A stretch of 64,000 nt of DNA. Source: an uncultured Candidatus Actinomarina sp. Lineage in GTDB: Bacteria; Actinomycetota; Acidimicrobiia; Actinomarinales; Actinomarinaceae. The notes beneath the pieces are model-generated. The model did not search any database and was not told the origin of the DNA. It saw nothing but the letters and a program-made list of their open reading frames with translations. Within the stretch, counting starts at the first letter, position 1. Every line of letters starts with the position of its first letter. Position numbers and translations under genes: made by a program. The stretch lies in NCBI GenBank assembly GCA_902555985.1, contig CACDUI010000003.1:12432-76431 (forward strand). The letters are read 5' to 3'. This document shows, piece by piece, positions 31,200 through 41,277 of this stretch.

Positions 31200-32279
31200 G
31201 TGACTAATAAATATGATATTGCTTTAGTAGTAGGAACAAGGCCAAATTTTGTTAAGGCTTCACCACTTTTAAAAAAATTAGAAGAACAGGGAAAAAAGGT
31301 CTTATTTATACATACAGGACAACATTTTGATAAAAATATGTCTAAGAGTATTTTTGAAGATTTGAGTATAAGAACTCCTGATATAAATTTAAATGCCCCT
31401 AATGATTCTCAAAGCAAACAATTTCAATATATTGTCCAAGAATTACAAAAAGTTTTCAGTAATTGTGAAATTGACAAAGTTGGAGTTTTTGGAGACGTAA
31501 CCTCAACTTTAGCTGCATCAATAGCCGCAAAACAATCAGATCTTTATTTATTTCATGTTGAATCAGGCCTACGATCAAATAATTTAAGCATGCCAGAGGA
31601 ACGTAATAGAATAATGGTAGATGCAATAAGCGACCTGCTTTTTATACCATCTGAAGACGCAAAAGAAAACTTATTAAAAGAAAAAGTGTCTTCAGACAAA
31701 ATTCACAATGTTGGAAATATTATGATTGATACTTTATTTGAAAACAAATCCAAAATAAGTAATAATTCAAAAATTGTTAAAAATAGTTTAATTATTAACA
31801 AACCATATTTTGTAATGACCCTACATAGGCCATCAAATTTAACTGATATTACCTTACAAAATATTTTTGAGGCAGTCAGTAGCTTTACAGAAGATTATCA
31901 AATTATTCTTCCAGCTCATCCAAGACTTAAAAATTATATTAACGAAGAAGATATTGAGTATAAAAATATTACCTTGATTGACCCGTTATCTTATATTGAC
32001 TTTATGGCTCTCGTTTACGGATGTGAATTAGTGCTCACTGATTCTGGGGGCATACAAGAAGAGACAACTTATTTAGGAATCAATTGTTTAACACTTAGAG
32101 AAGAAACAGAAAGACCAATAACAGTTCAAGAGGGCACTAATAAGGTTGTTGGTACTGATAAGGAAAATATAATTATTGAAATAAATAATGTTTTAGGCAG
32201 TAAAATTTCAAAAGAAGCAAAAATTAAATATTGGGATGGTGAAACCTCAAATAGAATTTTTCAAATTTTATTTGATTAG
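31200..32279 (+). CDS. wecB: UDP-N-acetylglucosamine 2-epimerase (non-hydrolysing)
   Basis: 359 aa. The N-terminal IALVVGTRPNFVKASPL matches the GTRPExIK motif. It is followed directly by a wecC-like dehydrogenase. Confidence 0.8.
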   Translation: MTNKYDIALVVGTRPNFVKASPLLKKLEEQGKKVLFIHTGQHFDKNMSKSIFEDLSIRTPDINLNAPNDSQSKQFQYIVQELQKVFSNCEIDKVGVFGDVTSTLAASIAAKQSDLYLFHVESGLRSNNLSMPEERNRIMVDAISDLLFIPSEDAKENLLKEKVSSDKIHNVGNIMIDTLFENKSKISNNSKIVKNSLIINKPYFVMTLHRPSNLTDITLQNIFEAVSSFTEDYQIILPAHPRLKNYINEEDIEYKNITLIDPLSYIDFMALVYGCELVLTDSGGIQEETTYLGINCLTLREETERPITVQEGTNKVVGTDKENIIIEINNVLGSKISKEAKIKYWDGETSNRIFQILFD

Positions 32280-32281
32280 TT

Positions 32282-33544
32282 ATGAGTAATTTTAAATTTA
32301 ATGTGGCAGTAATTGGATTAGGCTATGTTGGCTTACCATTAGCTATTGAGGCTGCAAATAATAAACTTAAAGTCGCTGGTTATGACATTAATGAATCTTT
32401 AGTAGGTAATCTTAATAAATCTCTATCTCATGTTGAGGATATTTCAGATAAAGATCTTGAAGATGCATTTTCAAACCAACTCTTAATTACTTCTGATCCA
32501 GAAATATTGGGAGATTCCGAGTATATTGTAATTAGCGTTCCAACACCGTTGACTGATTATCAGCCAGACTTAAGTTATGTTGAAGCAGCAACAAAAAGTA
32601 TTGCTGAAAATTTAAAAAAAAATCAAATAATAATTCTGGAATCTACAACATATCCTGGAACTACATTAGAAATAGTTAAACCAATACTTGAAAAAAATAC
32701 AAGTTTGGTCGCTGGAGAAGACTTTTTATTAGGATACTCACCCGAACGAATAGATCCTGGTAATAAAGAGTGGACATTCAAAAATACTCCGAAAATAGTT
32801 AGTGGTATAAATGAAAAATCTCTCAAAAAAATATCAGAATTTTACAATTCCATAATTGATGAAGTAGTCGAAGTTTCTGGTACTAGAGAAGCAGAAATGG
32901 TTAAATTAATCGAAAACACTTATAGGCAAGTAAACATTGCAATGGTTAATGAGTTAGCGATATTATCAAACATGTTAGACATAGATATTTGGGAAGTGGT
33001 AGATGCTGCAAAAACAAAACCTTTTGGGTTTCAATCATTTAGGCCCGGACCAGGAGTAGGGGGTCACTGCATTCCAATTGATCCTAAATATTTGTCATTT
33101 AAAACACGACAAATTGGACAGCCTGTTCGCTTTGTTGAATTGGCTCAAGAGATTAACAACTCAATGCCAAATTATGTTATTTCAAGAATTAGTGAATTAA
33201 TGAACAAAAAAGAAATACTTTTGAAAAACTCCAAAATACTTGTTCTTGGTGTAGCTTATAAAAAAGATATTGGGGACACCAGGGAATCACCAGCAATAGA
33301 TATAATTGAATCACTTTTAGATAAAAGCGTAGAAGTCTCTTTTTATGATCCATTTGTTGATGAACTTATAGTAAATAAAGAGAGTATATTAAAGGATGAA
33401 AATTTAGAAAACCTATCAAACTATGATTTGGTCATAATCCATACTCCACATACGTCTTTTAATAATATAGATTTTGAGAATATTAAATCATTAATATTTG
33501 ATACCACAGGAAGTTTTACGATTCCAAATGCCGAGAGGATATAA
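32282..33544 (+). CDS. wecC: UDP-N-acetyl-D-mannosamine dehydrogenase-like nucleotide-sugar dehydrogenase
   Basis: 420 aa with VIGLGYVGLPLA and catalytic GGHCIPIDP. The pairing with wecB supports the assignment. Confidence 0.7.
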   Translation: MSNFKFNVAVIGLGYVGLPLAIEAANNKLKVAGYDINESLVGNLNKSLSHVEDISDKDLEDAFSNQLLITSDPEILGDSEYIVISVPTPLTDYQPDLSYVEAATKSIAENLKKNQIIILESTTYPGTTLEIVKPILEKNTSLVAGEDFLLGYSPERIDPGNKEWTFKNTPKIVSGINEKSLKKISEFYNSIIDEVVEVSGTREAEMVKLIENTYRQVNIAMVNELAILSNMLDIDIWEVVDAAKTKPFGFQSFRPGPGVGGHCIPIDPKYLSFKTRQIGQPVRFVELAQEINNSMPNYVISRISELMNKKEILLKNSKILVLGVAYKKDIGDTRESPAIDIIESLLDKSVEVSFYDPFVDELIVNKESILKDENLENLSNYDLVIIHTPHTSFNNIDFENIKSLIFDTTGSFTIPNAERI

Positions 33545-35990
33545 AATTAGAACAGACTTTGATACTTTATCAAAAACTATAAACTTACTTGGTATTGAAC
33601 TTGGTAATGTAATAAAAGATCAAGCTGGAAACAAATACTTCAAAATAGTTGAAGATATAAGATTAAATTCTAAAAAGTATCGACAAACAAATAACAATAA
33701 ATACTTAGATATTATTTTTAAAACTCTTCAATCACTTGAACCAAATGAGATATATATTATTACTAAAGCATTTACAATATTTTTTTATTTATCAAATATT
33801 GCTGAACAAGTTTTTAGAGAACGTACTTTAGAGAGTTCAAATATTTCTGTTAACAAAAAAAATAGTAAAAAACTTATTTTTATGCCTGTTTTTACCGCAC
33901 ATCCTACTGAAAGTTCTCGACAATCAACTCTTAAAAAAATCTATAAAATAGCAGAAATTATTGAAGCTAATAACTCCAATAGTATGAATGAAATCAATTC
34001 CCTCATCACTCAACTTTGGTATACGAGAGAAGTTCGTTCCACTAAGCCAAATCCAATAGATGAAGTAAAATCATTAATTTATTATCTAGATATCTTATAT
34101 AAAGATGTTTACAACAAAATTATTAAAGATGATGAAATTTTAACTAATGCAAAAAATTTCGAACTTCAATTTGGATCATGGGTTGGTGCTGATAAAGACG
34201 GGAATCCATTTATAACTACAAACATTACTAAAGAGGCATTGAAAATATATTCAAGTCAAATACTGAATATCTATAAAGAGCAAATCGTTAAATTTTCTGA
34301 AGAATTCAGTATTTCGACAGATTTTGTTAAAAGTCCAAAAAACTTAACAAAAAAAATCGAAGAATATAAAAAAATTCTTCCCAAAGATTATAAGCATTAT
34401 AAGCGAGTAAATTTTGATGAACCTTTCCGTATATTTCTTTCATTAGTATTTCATAGGCTTGATAATTTTCAAAAAAACAAAAAAGGATATAAATATTTTC
34501 GTGAATTTTTAGATGATCTTATACTATTTCAAAATAGTGTTCTACAAATATTTGGTACAAAAATTCAAAACACAGAGTTAGATAATTTTATTGCTTTTGT
34601 CCATCAATTTGAATTCCATGGTGTGTCATTAGATATAAGACAAAACTCCTCAGTAATTAATTCTGAGTTAGGAAGTGAATACTCTGATTTTGAAAAGCTA
34701 ATAAAAGATATACCTGAACTTCAAAAAATCTATGGTGATAGAGTATTTAATTCAATAATTCTTTCAATGACAAGTTCTGAAGATGATGTACTTAATCTCT
34801 TCAATATATGCAAAAAGTATATTCCAAAAGAAAATATTCCGTCAATAACACCTTTAATCGAAGAAATTGAAGAATTACAAAAATCACACATTATATTACA
34901 AAAACTACTTTCAAACAGACAATACAAATCATTTATTGAAAAATTTAAAAATAATAATCAGGAAGTAATGCTTGGTTATTCCGATTCAAATAAAGATGGT
35001 GGAATAATATCCTCGCAATGGAATGTTTACAAAGCTCAAATTAATTTATTTAAAGAGGGTGAAAATAATAATGTAAATATCACATTTTTTCACGGTAGAG
35101 GAGGAACTATAAGTAGAGGAGGAGGACCTACTTACAATTCAATTTCTGCGCAGCCAAAAGGGACTATTTCATCTCAAATTAGATATACAGAGCAAGGGGA
35201 GGTAGTTTCTGACAAGTATTCAACAGCGTATCTAGGTTTTGAAAATATTAAACTTGGTTCATTGGCTTTTATTAATGAATCTGGAAATAAATTAAAAGTA
35301 AAAATACCAAATCAAAAATTTCTACAAGAGCTATCAGATAAATCATATGATGAATATAGGTCTTTTTTCACTGATCCAAATCTGATAGATTACTTTGAAA
35401 GAGGAACTCCGGTAAAACTCCTTTCAACATTAAATATTGGATCAAGACCTGCAAAGCGAACTAAAAATGTTAAAGCATTACAAAATTATAGAGCTATTCC
35501 TTGGGTATTTGGATGGGCACAAACCAGAAATACATTAACAGGCTGGTATGGATCTGGAACAGCTTTAAATTACATGATTAAAAAATATGGTATTAATCAT
35601 GTAAGAAAAATATATAAAAATTCAGCTTTTATGCAGAACTTAATTAGCAATGTTGAAATGACACTTTCAAAATCTGACTTGAAAATAGCTAGACGCTATG
35701 TTGACGAACTTCTTGATGAGGACGCATTAAAGATTTATAAAAAGATTCTAAAAGAGTCACAATTAGCCTTAAGTTCTATTAAGAAAATAAAAAATATAGA
35801 TGAACTGCTTGATGATAACAAAATTTTAAAAAACACTCTAAATGTAAGAAATGCATACTTAGATCCATTATCTTTAATTCAGATCACGCTTATGAAAAAA
35901 ATGAAAAAACGCAAGCTTAATCTAATAGAAAGTAATTCTTTATTGTTATCAGTAAATGGACTAGCTGCTGGTCTTAGAAATACTGGCTGA
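33528..35990 (+). CDS. ppc: Phosphoenolpyruvate carboxylase
   Basis: About 820 aa with VFTAHPTE, GYSDSNKDGG and a C-terminal ...RNTG. The start is ambiguous: ATG at 33528 or TTG at 33498. Either overlaps the wecC 3' end. Confidence 0.85.
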   Translation: MPRGYKIRTDFDTLSKTINLLGIELGNVIKDQAGNKYFKIVEDIRLNSKKYRQTNNNKYLDIIFKTLQSLEPNEIYIITKAFTIFFYLSNIAEQVFRERTLESSNISVNKKNSKKLIFMPVFTAHPTESSRQSTLKKIYKIAEIIEANNSNSMNEINSLITQLWYTREVRSTKPNPIDEVKSLIYYLDILYKDVYNKIIKDDEILTNAKNFELQFGSWVGADKDGNPFITTNITKEALKIYSSQILNIYKEQIVKFSEEFSISTDFVKSPKNLTKKIEEYKKILPKDYKHYKRVNFDEPFRIFLSLVFHRLDNFQKNKKGYKYFREFLDDLILFQNSVLQIFGTKIQNTELDNFIAFVHQFEFHGVSLDIRQNSSVINSELGSEYSDFEKLIKDIPELQKIYGDRVFNSIILSMTSSEDDVLNLFNICKKYIPKENIPSITPLIEEIEELQKSHIILQKLLSNRQYKSFIEKFKNNNQEVMLGYSDSNKDGGIISSQWNVYKAQINLFKEGENNNVNITFFHGRGGTISRGGGPTYNSISAQPKGTISSQIRYTEQGEVVSDKYSTAYLGFENIKLGSLAFINESGNKLKVKIPNQKFLQELSDKSYDEYRSFFTDPNLIDYFERGTPVKLLSTLNIGSRPAKRTKNVKALQNYRAIPWVFGWAQTRNTLTGWYGSGTALNYMIKKYGINHVRKIYKNSAFMQNLISNVEMTLSKSDLKIARRYVDELLDEDALKIYKKILKESQLALSSIKKIKNIDELLDDNKILKNTLNVRNAYLDPLSLIQITLMKKMKKRKLNLIESNSLLLSVNGLAAGLRNTG

Positions 35991-37106
35991 CAAATCTCTA
36001 AGCTCAAAATGCATTTCATCTGGAGATGTCCAAGTTCCTCCCCAAGCAAAACCCCAGGAATTGAAAATTTCAACAACTCTAGGGTGATAACTTGATTTTG
36101 TATTTATATCTATAGCTATACCCCAAGCGTGCCGAGAAATACTTCCTCCAGCATCGAATCGATTAATTCGTCGCGGAGCATAGCATCCACCAGATTTTTT
36201 AAAATCTTGAACTGAGAGAGTACTAGCCAAACCTTCTTCAAGAATTTGATTTAATGCCCCTTCAAGAGGTTCCCACATTAACCTATGGCATCTTGTATTA
36301 CCAAGAATAGGCACTCTTTTTACCTGAATATTTTGTTCCCTCCAAGAAGGTTCGGTAGTAATCCAAGTACCATCTCTTTCTTTAATTTGAAAGTCCCCAA
36401 ACATTTCCTTGACTAATGCATTTGGGAGTACCCAATTTTTATTTGGATTTCGATCTCTAAATGTAAATTTTACCTTTTCATATTGAATATTCTTATGCAG
36501 TTCTATTAGGTGATTTTCATTTATTTTTGAATCCCAAATGATAGCTTGAATGTTTCTAAAAATTCCAAGTTTGTAACCTAATTCTTTGTTCACAACGCCT
36601 TCAAACCATCCAAGTTCTGAATCTTTAAGAATCATACCGACGGATATTTCAGTTGGCTCTAAATTTATTCCAACAAAATTTATTTTATCATTCAATGAGA
36701 GACCGTATCTTTCGGCAGTTAATGATGAAATTACAATTTGATTGTTTTTTATGACTTCGGCAACTTCTTCATCATAAAAATATTCAACAACTGAAGATTC
36801 TATTGTTTTTACGGAAACACTGTAAAGATAATTTTCACGTGATGAAAGTTTTAATTCTCCACTTTCTGAAAGCACTGAATCAAGACCAATATTTGCCCTT
36901 CCAATGAAAGTAAGGTTTGTATTTAAATTCTTAGAACTTTCAATTATCTGATTTGTAACACTGTAAAAAAGGCTACCTGATTGAGAAATTGTTATAACAT
37001 CATAATTGTCTATTCTGTTTTTACTATATGCAGGTTCGGATTCATGATACATATTTGGCATCATTAATAAATTTATTAAAGTTGCAGAAATTAAAGTTGA
37101 AAACAT
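35961..37106 (-). CDS. Secreted peptidase M15 family (VanY-like D-Ala-D-Ala carboxypeptidase domain)
   Basis: 381 aa with an N-terminal signal/TM segment. The C-terminal HAWGIAIDIN (HxxGxAxD) and DEMHFE are Zn-ligand motifs of the M15/hedgehog fold. Confidence 0.55.
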   Translation of the reverse strand: MFSTLISATLINLLMMPNMYHESEPAYSKNRIDNYDVITISQSGSLFYSVTNQIIESSKNLNTNLTFIGRANIGLDSVLSESGELKLSSRENYLYSVSVKTIESSVVEYFYDEEVAEVIKNNQIVISSLTAERYGLSLNDKINFVGINLEPTEISVGMILKDSELGWFEGVVNKELGYKLGIFRNIQAIIWDSKINENHLIELHKNIQYEKVKFTFRDRNPNKNWVLPNALVKEMFGDFQIKERDGTWITTEPSWREQNIQVKRVPILGNTRCHRLMWEPLEGALNQILEEGLASTLSVQDFKKSGGCYAPRRINRFDAGGSISRHAWGIAIDINTKSSYHPRVVEIFNSWGFAWGGTWTSPDEMHFELRDLSASISKTSS

Positions 37107-37194
37107 AATATATATATTAATTTTTTTATAAATTTACATTTATTTAACATCATTAAATACTCTTAAATTAATTAGAACATTAATCTATTCACTT

Positions 37195-39786
37195 ATGAAA
37201 CTTTTAACAAACTTCTTTTCAAGTGCTGCGACCAAGAGACCTGTAACAACAATTCTTGTCATAGTTGCTATCACTGGTTTTTTTGGCTTTATGACAACAC
37301 AAGCAGAAGAACTAGATACTGGTTTTGGTGGAGAAATTGATACACCTGAAATTGAAGCACAAGGAAAACTTTCTGACTATTTTGGAGGATCTGGTACACA
37401 AAGCGTAATGCAATTAGTTTTTGAGGGAGAAGATGTTTTGACTGTTGAAGGCTATGAAACATATTTAGCTGCTATAGAAGTGATAGAAAATAGTGAAATA
37501 TTTAAGTATCTTGTAAACGATCCAAACCAAGGATTGGTTCAAGGTTTTTATTCTCCAATAGATTTAGCTAGAGCATTCAATCCAATGCTAGATGTAAGTA
37601 AATTGACAGATGAGCAATTTAAACAATTATATAAATCAACATCTGCTCAAATGCCACCAGAATTTCAACAATTTGCTACGGCTCTATTATCTAGCTCATA
37701 TAACGAAGATGAAGTTACAGCAACTGCTGGGCTCGGAATAATTACAGTTAATTCAGCAATAATTGGTGCTGAATTTGGACTTGATGGAGCTTTTGTAGAA
37801 CAGCCAAGATTAGAAGTTGCATTAAATAAAGAGTTAATTGAACTTAGTAATGGATTTGAAAATATTGATTTGGCTGGATTCTCTCTATCTTTACTTTTTG
37901 GAGACGAGCAAGATGACTTTCTTCAAGAAGTTGCTCAACTTTTTGGTGCAGCTTTTGCAATAATATTCTTAGTTCTTGCATTTATTTTCTTTATTAAGCC
38001 TTCAAAAACTTTTGGATTTTTTAAATCCTCTAGAAGAACACTTGCAGATATTTTTAACAGCCTTGCAGCAATTCTGCTAGCTATATTGTGGATGCAGGGA
38101 ATAGGGGTTGTCTTAGGTCCAGGTTATTTTGATATTATTGGTGCTCCAAATCAACTTTCTCAAATCTCTACAATTATTATTCTTGGTTTAGGAGTAGATT
38201 ATGCGATACACTTTACTGGCCGATATAGGGAAGAACTTGGTCTAAAAAATTCAGTAAGTGATTCAGCAACAAAGACTTTAAGTTCTGTTGGAGTAGCTCT
38301 CACACTTGCGACTCTTGCTACAATGGTAGGTTTTTTAACAAATATAGTTTCCCCCTTAACTCAGTTACAAGATTTTGGAATTACAACATCACTTGGAATA
38401 TTTTATGCTTTTATATTGGTAATGACTTTGGTTCCGGCTATCAGAACACTACTTGATAAAAGATCAGAAAGAAAAAATACAATTGATACCAGTGCCTTTG
38501 CATCTTCTGGAGAAAGTTTGTTTAACAAATTATCAGCTTCAACTTCTATTATTCCAAAAAAACTTAAATTTATTGCAGTTATATTGATTTTGGGAATAAG
38601 TGGTTATGGATACTACGGTTTCACAAATATCTCTACAGTATTTAATTTCACTGATTTTTTACCATCGGATAGCCCTACTGTTAAAACATTTAATACTCTT
38701 CAGGATGAGTTTGGTGGAGGTTTCGGCGAAACAACAAGTGTTTTAGTTGAGTCAGGCAATATTGCTACACCTGAAATTCATAATGCACTAATAGATTCAT
38801 TAAATAATTTAGCAAGTGTTGAAAACGTACTAGTTTTTTCTGGCAATGCAGCTGCAGAATCAGTAGTTGGATCTTTAGGGGCAATGTTAGCCCCTCCTTC
38901 AGCGAACCCTCAAGCACCACCACAAATGCCTGACATGGCATTAATTGGCCAACTAGGCAGCTATGGAGTCCAGATTATGAATGGACAAGGTTTAGATGCA
39001 CTTAGGGTAAGTTCTACTGGTGACGTTGAAGGCTTATATAATTATTTATTGGAAACTGATAATGATTTGTTTAGTACAAGTCTTTATGTAGATGATAAAA
39101 ATATGATTACTGCGATGCAGATTAGAATTACCACATCTGCAGGCACATCTGGTGCTGCTCAAATCAGAGATGATTTATATACAGCATTTGAACCTTTGTC
39201 AAACTTAGGATTATTTGTGGGTGTTACATCTGATAATATTGTTACAGAGAGTGTTAATGAATTAATAAATTCTTCTCAATTTCAGTCTTTAGTATTTGCG
39301 ATACTTGCCTCAATGATATTTCTTGTCTTGTATTATCTAATAGATATGAGAAGACCATTCTTGGGGGTCATTACTGTTCTGCCAGTTGCTGCAATAGTAC
39401 TTGGTACTTATATGGGAATGTATTTACTTGAAATACCACTAAATCCAGTAACATCAACTCTTTCCGGTTTAGCTATTGGTATAGGAGTTCCATTTGTTAT
39501 TCATGTCACGAATAGGTTTAGAGAGACAATTGCTACAGGCATAGAACCTGTTGAAGCCATTAGAACAACACTTAAAACTACAGGAGGATCTTTATTTGGT
39601 AGTGCATTTACAACTATGGCTGGTTTCGGTATTTTAACAACTTCATCTTTGGTACCATTTCAACAAATGGGAACTGTTATATTAGTCTCAATTGGATTTG
39701 CCCTCGTTGCATCATTAATGATACTTCCTACATTCTTAGTAATTTGGGCTAATTATCATAATAAAAAAACAGCTAAATCTTTATAA
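37195..39786 (+). CDS. MMPL/RND superfamily transporter
   Basis: 863 aa with two clusters of about six TM helices, each followed by a large extracytoplasmic domain. It has an MmpL-like architecture. Confidence 0.7.
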   Translation: MKLLTNFFSSAATKRPVTTILVIVAITGFFGFMTTQAEELDTGFGGEIDTPEIEAQGKLSDYFGGSGTQSVMQLVFEGEDVLTVEGYETYLAAIEVIENSEIFKYLVNDPNQGLVQGFYSPIDLARAFNPMLDVSKLTDEQFKQLYKSTSAQMPPEFQQFATALLSSSYNEDEVTATAGLGIITVNSAIIGAEFGLDGAFVEQPRLEVALNKELIELSNGFENIDLAGFSLSLLFGDEQDDFLQEVAQLFGAAFAIIFLVLAFIFFIKPSKTFGFFKSSRRTLADIFNSLAAILLAILWMQGIGVVLGPGYFDIIGAPNQLSQISTIIILGLGVDYAIHFTGRYREELGLKNSVSDSATKTLSSVGVALTLATLATMVGFLTNIVSPLTQLQDFGITTSLGIFYAFILVMTLVPAIRTLLDKRSERKNTIDTSAFASSGESLFNKLSASTSIIPKKLKFIAVILILGISGYGYYGFTNISTVFNFTDFLPSDSPTVKTFNTLQDEFGGGFGETTSVLVESGNIATPEIHNALIDSLNNLASVENVLVFSGNAAAESVVGSLGAMLAPPSANPQAPPQMPDMALIGQLGSYGVQIMNGQGLDALRVSSTGDVEGLYNYLLETDNDLFSTSLYVDDKNMITAMQIRITTSAGTSGAAQIRDDLYTAFEPLSNLGLFVGVTSDNIVTESVNELINSSQFQSLVFAILASMIFLVLYYLIDMRRPFLGVITVLPVAAIVLGTYMGMYLLEIPLNPVTSTLSGLAIGIGVPFVIHVTNRFRETIATGIEPVEAIRTTLKTTGGSLFGSAFTTMAGFGILTTSSLVPFQQMGTVILVSIGFALVASLMILPTFLVIWANYHNKKTAKSL

Positions 39787-39809
39787 ATTAATTTATTAGT
39801 ATTATTTAA

Positions 39810-40580
39810 GTGAAGGTTTCTGAACTTCTTAAAATTGTTGATGGCATTGTGCCTCTAGAAAATGCTTTTGAGGATGATTTAGTAGGAATAACTATTGGTT
39901 CTGAAGAAAATGAGGTAAACGGAATAGTAGTTGCTCATGAATTAGACAAACAACTTTTGGATTATTGTTTAGATTTAAATATCAATACAGTAATCACTTA
40001 TCATCCACCTTCTTTCAATAAAATTTTAGGAGATGATAATATTGAAAGCTTTCATCCAGAACCTACAACTTTAGAATTCATTGATAATTTAATGAATGTA
40101 ATTACACTTCATACTGCTCAAGATGTTTGTATAGGGGGAAATGCAGATACTTTGGCAGAGCTGTTTAATTTAAAAAATATAAAATTATTTGCAATGACAA
40201 ATGATAAATACGGAGCAGGAAGAATAGGGGATATTGATGGTATTTTAGTTTCTAAATTTAACGAGTTAGTTGAGAGAATATTAAATACAAAATCAATAAG
40301 AACTAATGAATTCTTTCATAAAATAAAAGAAGTAAAAAGGATAGCGATTTTACCGGGTTCAGGAACACAATTCATTGATGAAATTATTGAAGATATTGAT
40401 ATTTATGTGACAGGCGATATTTCTCATAGGTATTTATTAAAAGCAGATGATGCACGTGTTGGCTTGCTTCAAATAGGCCATATTTCAAGCGAAATACCTG
40501 GAATGAAAAGGTTTGTTAATAAATTAAATAATGCTTTAAGTAAAGAATTAGAGTACATATATAGAGAATTTTATGAATGA
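39810..40580 (+). CDS. Nif3-family dinuclear metal centre protein (GTP cyclohydrolase 1 type 2 / YqfO-like)
   Basis: 256 aa with a Nif3-typical N-terminus and two halves. The zinc-ribbon and RNase H genes follow, as in Rv2230c-Rv2228c. Confidence 0.8.
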   Translation: MKVSELLKIVDGIVPLENAFEDDLVGITIGSEENEVNGIVVAHELDKQLLDYCLDLNINTVITYHPPSFNKILGDDNIESFHPEPTTLEFIDNLMNVITLHTAQDVCIGGNADTLAELFNLKNIKLFAMTNDKYGAGRIGDIDGILVSKFNELVERILNTKSIRTNEFFHKIKEVKRIAILPGSGTQFIDEIIEDIDIYVTGDISHRYLLKADDARVGLLQIGHISSEIPGMKRFVNKLNNALSKELEYIYREFYE

Positions 40581-41277
40581 ACCTTTTCTCCTCAGTAACT
40601 TGATTGAGTTACAAGAACTAGATAATGAGATATTTAAATTAATATCCCAGAAATCAGAAGGCGATACAGTTGTAAAACTTAAATCACTTGAATTAGACTT
40701 CAAAAAACTTCAAAAAAACAAACAAAATTATGAACAGGATTTACAACTGTATTTTGATGCTAAAGATCATATTGAAAAAAATATCATAGAATCGAAACTT
40801 AAAATTGATACAATAAACGAAAAATTGGGTTCTAACTTAGATGCATCTGAGTTGCAAAATTATAATCTACAAAAACAAAATTTTGAAAAAAACTTATTAG
40901 ATTATGAAAAATCTTTAATTGAACTTAATGATGAAAATGAAGAAGAATTAAGCAGCATAAATAAAACAAATCAATCATTAGAAGAATTAAAACCTAATTT
41001 AATTAATTTATCTAAAACTCTTCAAGCTGAATGGAAAGACATTGATTTAGGTATTGGAAAGTTTGAAAATGAAAAAAAGTTACTTTTGACAAGTTTTCCA
41101 AAAGAAATCATAGATCTATATGATGATTTAAAATCTAAAGGCGTAGAAGTAATAGCAGCTTATAAACGTGAAAACCAATGTGGTTGTTGTGGAGTAGAGC
41201 TTACCTCAAATGAAATGTATGAAATTACTAATTCTAGTTTTCAGCAATGCCCATATTGTATGGGAGTAGTAATTTAA
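40573..41277 (+). CDS. C4-type zinc-ribbon / coiled-coil protein (COG1579-like)
   Basis: 234 aa, largely coiled coil. The C-terminal CGCCGVELTSNEMYEI...CPYCMGVV is a C4 zinc ribbon. Confidence 0.65.
   Translation: MNEPFLLSNLIELQELDNEIFKLISQKSEGDTVVKLKSLELDFKKLQKNKQNYEQDLQLYFDAKDHIEKNIIESKLKIDTINEKLGSNLDASELQNYNLQKQNFEKNLLDYEKSLIELNDENEEELSSINKTNQSLEELKPNLINLSKTLQAEWKDIDLGIGKFENEKKLLLTSFPKEIIDLYDDLKSKGVEVIAAYKRENQCGCCGVELTSNEMYEITNSSFQQCPYCMGVVI

Noticed and set aside
33498-33527. TTG start for ppc giving the N-terminus LIPQEVLRFQ
   Set aside because: It is not excluded, but the ATG at 33528 gives an N-terminus (MPRGYKIRTDFDTLSK...) that aligns better with the conserved PEPC start region, and it overlaps wecC less.
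4021-37106. Possible integrative mobile element at the tRNA-Met (integrase, att repeats)
   Set aside because: No integrase, recombinase or transposase-like protein and no obvious direct repeat of the tRNA 3' end were seen. The locus is better described as a chromosomal hypervariable glycan island than a recent integrative element.
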